Assembly: GCA_001938485.1 (NCBI GenBank)
Contig: MQRK01245168.1
Location: 15,050 to 79,049, forward strand
Source of the DNA: Girardia tigrina
Taxonomy: Eukaryota
DNA length: 64,000 nt
Reading direction: 5' to 3'
The notes below the pieces were generated by a model that did no database searches, was not told the DNA's origin, and saw only the letters and a program-made list of their open reading frames with translations. Position 1 is the stretch's first letter. Every line of letters starts with the position of its first letter. The position numbers and the translations under genes were made by a program. This document shows, piece after piece, positions 13,538 through 27,300 of the stretch.

Positions 13538-15273
13538 TAAGAGTGAACCGGACTCCGTCGTATCTCCGACCTGAGCCGGATTCCAGCGATATTTTACAAT
13601 GCGGCTCCGGCCATAATCAGCCGGTTTTAGCCGGAGATTTATTTATTTATTAAAACCTTTATTTCATTATAAAAACATTCAAATATTTCTATAAATGTTT
13701 ATTATGTGAATTTTTCGAAGAGTGGCATATTTGCTTTCAATAAAATAAGGTGCTCTGCAAGTTCTGGCAGAAAAATTGAACGATGATGAGTGAGTACGTC
13801 ACCAGCAGTACTAAATATTCGTTCAGAGGAAACACTGATTCTAGACGAAGGAAAAAGTCCTTTGGCAAAGCCTGACAGAAATTGAAACTTTATCTGATTG
13901 ATGTACCACCGGTGCAATGGATTGTTATTGCGAGGAATAGGCGGTTCCAAGAGATAATTCCTAAGTTCCGCATCGAACCCAGAACAGTTTTTTGTTTTCA
14001 ATATCATAAATTCATTGATGATTTCCCATGGATTGCCCCCCCCCCACTCTTTGTCGTTGTGAAGTTGGTAAATATTAGACTATTGTTGAAACTTTATTGT
14101 GTGCTCTGTAACCATGTATCTAATAAGTAATTTCACATAACCAACTGTAGAGTGTGGGAGAGGCAAGAAACGTGCGGAAACTGGAGATCTTCAATGGTTT
14201 TAACAATATTGTGACCATTATCATAAACGACATTGTGGACTCTATCCACCAAATTTCATATGGTTAGCACACCACTAACAGTATTTCCAATTTAACTAGC
14301 AGTATGTGCTTCATCATAAGGTTCACAATGCAGAAATGTATGTTTACGTTTAAATTGAGATGTTATTCAGTGGGCAGTAAGCTTTATATATGCTTGTATT
14401 GAATACTGGGCAGTTCACATATCCACTGTGAAAGAAGCTTTGTCTATTTATCTGAGACATTCCAAAATATTTCCTTCCATTTCTTTCTAAAGCACTTCAA
14501 TTTCCTTTTCTGAGAAGTACCTTCGAGAGGAAGGCTGGTTTTGAGGAGCTGCAACTGATAATACAAGTCGAAAACCTAGATTTTCCACAACTTGAAAAAG
14601 TTGAAGGACCATGACAAGAAAATAGAGAAATAGCTTTTATAGTCCAGAATAAGTAGAGTAGAAAATATTCTAGAATAATCTTCCACAATTTCAAGCCAAT
14701 GAATGTGCAAAAGAATATTCTAGAACCCTGTTAATAGTAACTTTACTTCTCCAGCTACATAAGTTCGATGCATGTAATTCACAACCCTCCCTTACATTCC
14801 TACACACACGTAAAATTTAATATACGAATAGGTCTTATTTCCATCTTTCACGTGTGAGTGTGTGTAGAAAAAGAATGTGGTTGATATTGGATTGCATGGA
14901 TGGACAGAAAGGTCAAGCTATCAATCGCATATATTGATGTAGATGTAACACACTGTCGATTGATCGTAATGATCAAATTCGGCAGTATTTAAATCCTAAC
15001 GGTAATTTTAGGCGCATTTATTCAAAATAATTTCATCTTCAATAATAATTGGAGATGCATCCATATAATATATGATCATTTATTCATAAAAAATACTTTG
15101 TACTAAAATGTCAGTTGGTGGAGATTGAGATAATCTGATTGAAAATGAAGGCCTTAAAAACAAATAATTTAAAAAACACTCATTTAAATATCAATATGTT
15201 GCTGTAAAGTCTCTCTCCTGTAATCCGGTCCCGCTCCGGCCGGAGACGAATTTTGCCCTCCGGTACATCCCTA
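13538..15273 (-). mobile_element. hAT transposon, decayed
   Basis: ORF 13702-14007 is the hAT C-terminal dimerisation domain (ELRNYL..NPL..W....SSERIFSTAG). A catalytic-region relic FTVD.(W)T..AY..LTAH lies near 14430. Ends are TAAGAGTGAACCGGA / TCCGGTACATCCCTA with a 7/8-matching TSD (TTAAATAC/TTTAATAC). Confidence 0.85.
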
Positions 15274-15392
15274 TTTAATACAGTTAATTCTTTCTTGGTG
15301 ACAGTATGTACGGAAGAATAACCTTTTTCTTTTTTATAATTAATTTTTATTAATCTCATAATTTTTAGAATTCTTATTTTCACATTGCCCAG

Positions 15393-18300
15393 GATTACGT
15401 TAAAATTCAGCATGAAAGATATGGCTGTAATGTTAAAAGTTTTATAGTAATGCTCGGATGTTTACTGCATCACACAATTGAGTTAATGGAAGAGGTATAT
15501 ATTTCGTTATATTTGATTACAATATAAGATCAGTTAAATGGAGGAATTAAACAATACATAATGGACTTGAATCCAAAACAAATTTCTTTCCTCTTTCAAA
15601 AAAGATATCGTTTAATAATTGAACATTTTCGTAAAATTTGACATAAGTTTTAAATAAATGTTATGATAATGAGGTGTCTCTAATGTTGTGTTTCTCAAGG
15701 TGTAGTAAAAATATCTAGGGTGGTCCGCAATAGCCTGGTTGGTTGTACGTAGACGATTTAATTCATCAATCCTTAGTTTACAAATAATTCAAATAAAAGA
15801 CTCAAGAAATTTTCTGGGTTGACTTATAAGTTTAATATTTACTATTTAACAATAAAGTTGCATAATTGTTTTGAAAAAAGTCATAAAATTTATAATTATT
15901 AACATAACTTTTCAAATTTGACTTGATTAATGAACAAAAAAGGCTTGTTTACTTCAAATCAAATTATTTTAATTATTTCTATTTTCACGAGTGCTGGATC
16001 AAGACTTTGATTCAAGGGAAACAATTCTGAGATTAAAAATTAAAATACAAGGTACATTGTGAAGATACTCTAAGGTGTTTTGCTAGACGGCTGAAAAAGT
16101 TTAAGTCTTAAGAGCGATATCAGGATTGTAAGGCTCGTGTGCCAGACTCACGAAACCACATTTTTGATTGTTTCTTGATAATGTTTTGAGGAGTTAATAG
16201 GAGCGTTGTCAATCAATAACCAAAGTTGATTGTTTGGTGCCCTATGTTTCTCCCTTTTTGCACTCAGTAACAAGGGCACTGAAGTATTCTGTATTAATTC
16301 TTCTACATTTTGGGTAGGAATTTAAACTGGCAACATCATTCGTGATCAGAATACAAAAATTGGGAATTCTCGTCTGTGAGACGTTTCTATTCTTATCTCG
16401 AGAGGGGGCCTCTTATCTTTGCAACGCCACTCAATGGACTCTTTCCTGGTCTTAGGAGACACATTGACAGTGAGTTCTTATTCTGAGTAATAATATTGTC
16501 AAGGAAAGTTGAACTCCATATTGGACAGAGCTGACAGAAGACGCGTCTCTTTCATTTCGATAATTAAAAAAGTCGGCCCAAATTTTATGAATAACTTTCT
16601 GTTTCCCAGTTCTGTTAACATAGTATCTGCAGGACCGTTACTAATCTTCAGTTAAACTGCTCATTCGCTGCTTGTACTCTACGATCAAATTTGATGATTT
16701 TTTGAAATTCGAAATACCAAAGAAATTGTTATTGTTAATGTGAGAAATATGGGGTGTGTAATTGTTTTTTGTAGTGTTTGCATGTTTAAATGTTGTGTGT
16801 TGATTTTGGATCGTGCCTCTCCTAATCAGATAGATGATCAATATTTAAATTCTTATAATCTGAAACTAATTTATTTAAATTTTATCCATTTAAATTTTAT
16901 TTATTAAAATTTATCCAAATTTTTAATTTTTATTATTGCAACTTTTAAATAATTTTATTGATTTTATTTTTGTAAATTTTTAAATAATTAAATCAAATTA
17001 TTGTTTAAAAATGACTATAGAAATATTTAAATATTGTTTGACAGAATTTATTTTACAGGAAGTGAAGCAATTTAGAGACAGACCTATGACAGATATTTTG
17101 ATAATTCTAATGTTATCTTAGATGATAAATAAGGAGAAATTAAGGATCTATAAAAAAATGAACCCTAAATTACACTATTCAAATAAATTGATCCAATATT
17201 TGCACTAATAAAATAGGACAGTAAAACAGTAGACAAAGTTTGAAGTATTTTATTGATTAATCCACAAATATTATCACGCCGCACGAATTCTAGTAAATAC
17301 GCGGCTAGTTCCATTTTCTTGATTTCCATCATTGACTTGCCACTTATTTCCATTTAACCATAATAAAATTCAATAGCCTGAGTATGGACACCAGTAACAG
17401 GATCCACAAAGAATAAACTATGGTTAGCAGTTTGATGATTGAATCCATGCGGAGTTAATGGTCTATAAGTCTGCCATTCATCCCAATGAATATTTGTTCC
17501 CTCTTCTCATACTTTTCGAATGATCGGTATTAAAGTTTCGGCTTTACGATCATGAGCAATTTCCATGTATCTTTGACATGGTGTAAAACTTGTGCCCACA
17601 TTTCAAAAAAAACCCATATTTTTCCGCAGCTTTCATCGATTTGCACAATGGTTTCGACACCGCCTAATTTTATCGGGTTGCTTTCAAAGTATCTTCGAAT
17701 GCATTGCCTTATCTTTTTATGAATTTTTATCAGTGTCGGAACTGAAATACTCAAATCATCTAAAGTCTTTTTATTGATTCTTTGGAATATCTTATGAGAA
17801 ATTCCAAAAATGTTTTGAGGTCAATTTTACTTTCTTGTAAAATACTGCCTTATCGGATGGGTATCATTTTTATAGTTGCTACAAATTTTCTAATAATCCA
17901 ATCGGGAGATTACACAATTAAAAAACTATAAAAATAGACCCAAAAATACACTATTAAAAAAAGAACGCAGGTCCTTTTTTTAATATGTCCACAAACTGAA
18001 AAATATGTGTGGGATGTGAAACATAATTTATAATTTATAAATATGGACACATAAAATGCGAAAAAGTTGAACCTGTATCATATATTAGGTTGAGGAATAA
18101 GTTCCCGCCGTTTTTTGAATTTTTAATCAATTTTTAATCAATTTAATATTTAAATCAAATTTTTTGATGTAATGTTATATGTTATTTGAAAGCTATTGTT
18201 TTGCTCCAAAAATTGTGTATTTTGTTTTTTTTATTCAGATTATTTTTTGTTGATTTTTAGACCATTGAAATGGAGTGTCAAGTCGACAAAAATGAGCATT

Positions 18301-21300
18301 TCCGACACCATCTATTGTTTGCGTATAATCGAGGCGCCAAAGCCGCAGACGCTGCCCGAGAGCTTTGTGCTGTATACGGAGAAGGTGCTATAGCTGATAG
18401 AACCGCTCGTGATTGGTTCGCAAAATTTAAAATTGGCAATTTTGACCTCAAGGATGCACCTCGTTCAGGACGACCAAATGAATTCGATGAAGAACGTTTG
18501 AACAAACTTTTGCATGAAGACGCACGTCAAACCACTCGAGAATTTGCGGGAAAAATGGATTGTGATAAAAAAACTGTCGTGAACCACCTGAAATCAATGG
18601 GGAAAGTTCAAAAAATGGGAGCTTGGGTACCACATATTTTGACCGAAAACAACAAAAACCAGCGATCCACAATTTCGGCGAGTTTGCTTGTCCGTCATCG
18701 CTCTACTCACGGTCATAAGCAACAATTTCTTTATCGAATTGTAACGGGTAATGAAAAATGGTGCCTGTACGTCAACATGAAGCAGCGCAAAGAATGGCAT
18801 AGCCGAGAAGAACAATCGACACCGCGAGCAAAACAGGATCTTCATCCACGAAAGACAATGCTATGCGTTTAATGGGGTTGGGAAGGGATTATTCATTATG
18901 AATTGCTTCCTCGAAACCAAACAGTGGACGCAGAACTTTATGTTCAACAGCTGCATAGACTCAACGCCGCTATAAGACAAAAACATCCGGATCGACTACA
19001 TGGCGTTATTTTGTAACACGACAATGCACGTCCTCATATTGCCAGAATGACAAAAGAAGCCATTCAAACGCTTGGTTGGGAAGTGTTACCACAGCCTCCG
19101 TATTCACCTAACTTGACTCCATCTGATTTTCATCTTTTCCGTTCGCTTTCTAACGCTTTGCGTGGTGTTTCGTTCAACAATGATGGAGAACTGCAAGTTT
19201 GGTTGACTGAATTCTTCGAGTCAAGACCGGGCGATTTCTACCAAAGAGGCATTGAAAAACTCGTTGAGCGTTGGGAAGAAGTCATAAACAATGGCAGAGA
19301 TTATATTTGTGATTAATTTGTAGTAACTTTTTTGTTAAAAAATAAAATTTTAATTTTTCAAAAAACGGCGGGAACTTATTCTTCAACCCAATATATGCAT
19401 CATATCAGTTATCAGGCACTACAATTCATGAGTTTGCCAGATTGAAAGAAGACATTTCAATTGAATTATGTGTATGTTTTGATGTATAATTTAAGAATCA
19501 AAGTCTGTGGACTTTTGAGTTGAAAGTTTATAGAAATAAAGTTTTTTTCTAGATATAGTAAATAAAGATTATATATTACAGTTAATTAAGCAATCATAAA
19601 TATTTAATAATAAATTTAAATTAATATTTCATTACCAAAAATATTTTAAGAACTTGAGCAACAGATACATTATTCAAGGAATTCAAGAAGGACTTGAAAT
19701 TTTAATTCATTTATATCGTAAATCGAGTAAGAAAATTGAGGAATACCAAATTAATAAAACTGAGAAAACATTCGGCAGAGAAACGACAGAATATTTGAAA
19801 AATCAAATTACAAAATATATAATCAAGGCCAAAACCAGTGCCGACGAAGACCCCAGTCAATACAGTTATCAGAAGATCATGGAGTTAAATATACATCGAT
19901 TATGCCACTATGATTGTTCTGATATGATAAACATTCTGTGGGACATTGTTAAAGGAATACTATTTGAAAATGAAGAAAATAATAAAATGCTATCTATTGC
20001 AAATGATACAAATACAATAAAAAGCATTGGTGCTTTATTAACTCATACCTTTTCCTCTTCAGGGTTTATTGAATTAAGCGCCATTCTTTCAAAAATAAAA
20101 GATGGTATTCAAAATGTTATGACAATTACGTCCACTCAATTTTTTCCAAATGAAATTACAAATTTTGTTCTTTACTCTGGAATCGTTTTACCAATAAAGC
20201 TAGATACAGCTCGTATACTTAATAAATTCGCGGGGTTGAAAAACTGTTTGGTAAGTTTTCATTTATTATAATACTTGTTACTATCATTATCAAAATTTAT
20301 ATATATATGGTACAAGAGCTATTTACGAACTATCATAGTTTTAGTTTTTTTTCTGATGTAGGTAGATATGGCAGAACTTACTTTTACGCTAGAAAAGAAA
20401 AGGCAAGCAGTTATTGTCTCTTTGGCTGCAGGACACACCGATTCAGAAAATGCTGCATTCTTGAAAGTCGTCCCATCATTTTTATTTAAAGTTCACTGAG
20501 AAATGAGAGCTGCAAAGGGTGATGTGGTAAAGGTTTCCAAAAGGAAACGATAATATGGATGTTCTGACTGTATCAAGACGCCAGATTTTAAAAGACCAGT
20601 TCAAGCTGTCATCAAAGATGACTCTGGGAACTCGATAAAGACACTGCCTGAAAACTGCTGGTTGTTGATGCTAACATTCGACGTGTGGTTCATGAGGACC
20701 TCCGTTACAAATCATACGTGATGTAGAAATGACAGTTCATGTCAAAAAGAATAAAGGTGAACCGCTTGACCAGTACCTTCTGAACAAGCACAAACATCCC
20801 GTTATGTATTTTTTAAGAATCAAAATGTTCTATAAAAAAAGGAAATAATTTGATGTATAATATAAATTCTGACGAGAGATACGATGACTAAAGATAAGTG
20901 AAAATGAAAATGATAAGTGAACAAAGAAAAAAAATTAATACTTCAAATTTGACAATCAAGTCTAGATGGAAATAATACTGAATGGGAACACGAAATGGCC
21001 TTTATTAAGGTTACAATTCCTAATTATAATGATACCTATTGGGTTCGAGATTAAAATCCAGAGTCATTATTCGCAAACTTTATTTCTATTATAATTTTCA
21101 TTATTCAAATAAATTTACGAGGAACAATATTTCAGTTACATAAACCAGATTTTATAATTCTAAATATAAATAATAATATCGATGTATGTGTATGTTATTT
21201 TATTAAGTTTTGCATAAATAATATTTTTTGGTTTTATTTTTTTACAATGTTTATTAATTGAAATATAATTTTAGATCTTTAAAAATGTTTGAATGGACAT

Positions 21301-24300
21301 CTGTAAAAATTTAATTCTTAAATAATTTTTTCTTTAATTTTTAAACATTCAATTATAAATTATTTTTAGCGCAATTTCCATACTGACAATTGCGATTATT
21401 AATTGGTTATTTCTGTGTGGATGGATGTGTGTCCGCAGCTTTAAGTCGTATCTCCTCCTCAACGAAGCAATATCGAGGGCTAGTTCCAAAAGCAAATATG
21501 TTAAGCAAGTTCCGTGGATGATTGTGGGCCAAAAAAATCCAGGAATTCCTTCCTGGATTTCCCGGAAAAGCCAAAAAACCTCGAATAAATGCATTTTTTG
21601 GCCTATATCTCGGCAACCAGACCACTTTGCGACTTGAAACATTTACCAATCGATTCCTGCAATAATTTAGAACAATATTGCCGAAGAAAGTTTTCAAAAA
21701 TATCCTTTCGTTCGGTCACAAAAAATTAATCATAGTCAAATACTGATATAAACGTTTTAATATTTGGGCACCGAATAACATAAGGGAATTGCGCTTAAAT
21801 TGTCACTAGACTTTTTATTAACTTGTTTTAATAAAAATTTCAGTGGACAATTAACTTCAAGATTTAACTTCATGATTTTTATTTTACAACTCAATTTTAA
21901 AACATTCAATAAATTATTTTTTAATACAAATTTAGTTGATAATTAAGTCCAATAAAACTTCATGATTTTTATTTTACAACTTCATTTTAAAATATTAATT
22001 TTTGTAAAAATATTTTTTTTCATTTTGATTTGAGCTTAAATTATAGACATTCATTTTAATAAGACTTTCTATATTTTTTTTAATTTAAAAATTCCAAAAA
22101 ATTAAAGTTCACCAAAAACCCATTAACAATACCTATCGGCATAAATCTGTTGTGAGCGAAAGAATACTGGTCTGTACAAAATACATATGATAAGAAAATA
22201 GTAGTTTGCATCTTGCTGGAGTCGATAAATATATTTCGAAGGTTATATTTCATTTATTTGGACATAACAAATATGTCACCCTGTCCGGACACTAATGATT
22301 GAAAAAGTGGTAGTTCCTTCTTGATGTGGAGGGTGGTGTTCGCATGGTCATTCTTAGTCGAGCGGTTTTCTGGTTATTTCCGATAATGAACAAGATTCTG
22401 GCCTAATAAATAATGTACATGTGTTTTGGCAAGCACATTACCTAAATGAATTTATAAAGGTTAGATAGATGAAATAGAATAATAACAGGTATGTAATGTT
22501 CTTAGATGCTGGGTCTGCAATTACGCTACAATGACAACAATAGTGAGTTTTGTTTTTCTAGCAAGAAATGGCCGTGTAATCTGCTAAACCCTGTAATGTC
22601 ATGAATAGTGAATAAAATTTTTTTCACTTCAAAGAAGAATTCATAGTATGCAAAAAAGAGAATTAATAACAAATGTACTGATTTTTTTGAAGAGATAAAA
22701 TGTTTTAAATTCCTTCTTCGTCCTTCTAAATAAAATTTGGGCAAACACAATTTAAAATGTTCTCTCCTGGAGTACGTATCATTTCTCCTCTGACGTTTCT
22801 GCTCCGATATTTCTCCTCCGGCTGTTTCTTATCCGACGTTTCTTCTCCGATTGTTTCTCTTCCAGACGTTTCTCCTCCGACATTTCTTGTCTGACATTTC
22901 TTCTCCCCGTATATATATTATTTAATATAATACGTCACAATTAAATGAATAGGAACATTTAAATTACATTGTTTTATCACAAAATGAACCTGTTCAAATT
23001 ATTTAATCTTTAATTGAAGAATACTTATATAATAAAATTAATATTCAATATAAAATGAAAGAATATCAATTAAAAATTACAAAATTTTGATACAAAATGA
23101 CAAAAAAATAATATTCAATGACTTACATTTCTCTTCATTTTGAAAAAAAACATTAATAAATGCATTTATCAGCATATTTGGTGGTATCCAATTCCATGGA
23201 TGTTTATTTTATTTAATTAAAAATTTTAAGGAAAAATTAAATGAATTAAATCTATTGCAAATATATAACACTGATTCAGAATTCTCTCTCCTAGCTCGAA
23301 TGGTTAAAACTTTAGCTTTTGTTCCATTAAAGGAAATGAATAAGGGATTAAAAGCATTAGTAAATGAATGAACAGACGAATTAATGTGCTTCATAAATTA
23401 TTTCGAGGATAATTATGTTGGTCGTCCTATGCGAGATGGTCATTGTCGAAAACCTCAAATTCCTCCAGAAATATGTTCATGTTATGAGAGAACACTGAAT
23501 GATCAAGATCGTACCAATAATCATGCAGAATCTGCACACCGTGCTTTACAAGCACATTTCGGTATAAATTATTCAACATTATGGAAATTCATTAATGGTT
23601 TGAAAAGGATACAAAAATTCACTAACAAACGTTATGAAATATGTATTAGTGGGGAGGTAGTAAGACACAAACGAAACAAGTATCAGCATGCGAATGAACG
23701 CATTTTGACAATTCTCAAAAGTTTTGAAAGACGAGATATTTTGGAAAATTTACAGGGATAGGCTTATTATTTTGTTATGGAATACATTTTATTATATTAG
23801 TATTCTTCAATTAATGAATAAATAATTTGAACAGTTTCAATTTTTATTTCATAAAACAATATAATTTAAGTGTTTCTATTCATTTAATTATGAGGTATTA
23901 AATTAAATAATCTATGGGGAATTAATCTATTAATTATCCTTTAAAGTTTTTATGAATCTCTTCAATCCATGATTTTTTTAATTTCATCCTACCGTTCTTT
24001 TCAATGACTCCAAATAGCCGTTGTTGATCAAATATTTGTCTCCTGGTGTACTTTCTTTTTTGGTGATAACAAACTCATAGATTTTGATTCCATTGTTGAC
24101 ACTAAGTTGCTCCGGCGCGAATTGCAACGATTTTAAAATTTAAAAGAAGAAAAAATGATTAACTTAATAAATGAAATTGACAAAATGAAAATTATTTTTT
24201 AAAGGAGAAATAAAATTACAAGTCACCAAAGTTTTAAAAGAAAAGATGAAAATTTGTTTAAATTTATATGTAATGTCATTAATAAAATTTTGATAATTAT

Positions 24301-27300
24301 GAATTCTCGTTCGAATTTTGAAAACGATACAAACGCAACTAACACAAATATTTAAATTTAAATTTATTAAGAAATTAAAATAGAATCAATCACAGAATTC
24401 CTATTCGGATAAGTTCTTGGGGAATAGATAATACGAATCATAACTTGTAGAAAGTCACAATTGACTTATTTAAAATATCTATTATTCCTTCATCAAACCA
24501 AGGCTTTTCGACAGAGAAAGTTATAGAGATTCATAATAAATTTTAAAGTAAAAATTCTACCGGAGGTCAACACTTCATCAAATAAGATTATATATTTAAA
24601 AAATTTCGTTGATAAAAAACGTTCTGTAAAATATGATACAAAATCCAAGTTTTATTAATTAATTTTTATATTTTTGAATTTATTATTTTATTTAATATTT
24701 AAATACCAAATGAAAATTATTATTTAATTAGCTTTTTCTCTGCGATTTGAACAGTAACATGATGGATAAGCAATGTGATAGTTGGATATCATCATATGTT
24801 AATGAATTTGATAAGGAAGTTTTAGAAAATAATTGGATCAAAGAATTAATACGTAAAATCAAAACGGTAATTGATTAATAAATTGTTAAATAATAAATAG
24901 ATAGGTGCAAGTGAATTGCGTACTTGTATCCGGCACATGTGATAGTAAATTGCGAAATGAATTTTTAATAAACATGGATATTTCTGTGATTGAGAATGTG
25001 AGTCCCAGAAAATTAGAAACGATTTCCTCGATTATGGATGTCAATACCATCCATGATCTTAATTCTATGTTCACAGTTAGATGTTTTCGTTAATAATGAT
25101 CATGAAACAATAACTTGTATTTGACCAGCCTTGCCAACTACTGATCAATGTTATCAAAGAAACAAAACACGACAAAAATATTTTGTGCTCAATTCAAATT
25201 CCTCAATGGATGAAAATTTTCGGTGTCACCAATGATAACTTAAAGGTTAGTGACTTTTGTTATTTCAAATTTGAGGTTTTTAAGTTCATAAAATTGTTAA
25301 TACTAACTGTGGGATAAATAAATAAGTCATTTGTTTAAATCGTCAAAGGTCAGCATCAAATCACACAATACCTATATAATTAAAGTAAAATGAAAATATT
25401 AAAAAAAGTATAACATTTTTTGTATGCTTTGTTGGGGTTCCGAAAAATATAAATTAAATTTTAAAATCTAATAAAAAATTAAAAATAATACTCTGGTTAA
25501 AATTAATAATTTTTTGATTATTATAATAGTTATTTTAATAAAATTTTTAGAATATTTGTAAATATTTTGAGATTTGTTTTAGTTATTCAATTTTCAAGGT
25601 TAGAAAAAAAACTAGTATATAAGCAATAGTTATTTCAGTTACAGTTCAACATTTTACCACTGAAAAAGAAGAATTAAACTAAATTTGAATTATATGTGCG
25701 GTAAACTTGATTTGTTAATTTTTGTAATATCATTTTTTTACTAAAGAAATAATAAGAGAAATTTAGTATCCTGTAAATGAGAAGTTAAGTTTTAAATAAA
25801 TTATAATATTAAGAAAGTATTAGTATCCTGTATAGGAGAAGTTAAGTTTTAAATAAATTATTCTAGCATCGCTCGAACTAAGAAGTTGTTGTAGCTGTTT
25901 GATCGAAGTGTGATCTTTGAATTTTAGCGTACTGATAGAGCTGAATTTATATTTGTACTTCAATTGTTGTTTGCAGAATAAATTATTATTACAAGGGTTT
26001 GTTCATTCTTCATATATTATTGTTGGAGGAAACCTTTTGGTCATTTGCGAGTCAGATTAAAAAATAAATTTAAAACTAAATTTAGTTACAATACTCAACA
26101 GGTTTAACAGAATCTCGAAATCATTTACAATCATGCTACACTCAAATTTTTCAATATATTCAGTAAAATTACTTTTACCTCTAATACGATCGTTCTCTTG
26201 CATTTATTGACAGAGATTATTGATATTCTCCCCAATGTAAGGGACACAATTACAAGTGTTGAGTTAATATTTTAAAATTTATATTTTATGTATTTGTTTA
26301 GATTAATCAATATTAGTAAATAATTATATTTTTTATAAATGCAATATTTATGTTAAAAGAAAGATAAAATTATATTTCTTATATAAGTTAAAAAGGAAAA
26401 TAGATAAAGATAAATAAAAAGAAACGAAGTTATATTAACTATGTAAAAAATAATAAATATTAAATAAAAATAATAAATTAATTAATTAATTATTTAAATG
26501 CCTAATATAAAGGCAGTTGTTGTTAATTAAGAACTTTTAGAAATTTTATAATTTGAAAATTTAACCGAAACGAGATCTGGTCTAGACAGCGTCGCATTCA
26601 TTATTGTTGAAAAGAAGTATATATATATACCAGCACTTGCAAACTAATTTAAAACACAACGCAACGCAAAAAGATTTATCGAGATTCAGAGAGAATTACG
26701 TTAAAAAGTAATAAAAAGAGAATTATATTTTTAAACTAGCATTTTTTTATTTACTACGCTGTAAAGTGCAGTTCAAATACTAAAACAACAAATATATAAA
26801 AATTCCGAGTTGTCGTTAAGGCTCTCGGTTATCAGATATAAAATCGGCCAGGGGCCAAATAAAATATAAAATTTTATTGTACCTAAATTGTGAATATTAA
26901 AATATAATTTAAAAATCATTTGCGTTCTTTTATTGATTTGTTGTATAACACCGGAAAACCTCAACACATAAATACTGATAAACACAATCCGAACACAGAT
27001 TTAAATGAGTAGGTAATTTAATAACCCATTACCTGCTGCAATTCAAGAATACAAAAAAGTAAACTGTATAATTATATTGATGCTAATTAACCATAATTGC
27101 TATTGTTTTTAGTAATTATTTTTATAATGGGCTGAAAAACATATTCACAACTTTAATTAAATGAGATATATTTTTTAAATTTAAATGACTTGTTTTTACT
27201 TTTAGAATAGAATTCTTTAAATGTTAAAATCATTCATTATAATGCAAACATTTTTATTATTAGAGTAAAAGAATTTATAATCCTACGATTCATTTATCAG

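Noticed and set aside
22780-22908. CRISPR-like repeat array (also 48657-48720)
   Set aside because: Contiguous ~15-bp tandem units without unique spacers, in a eukaryotic TE context.
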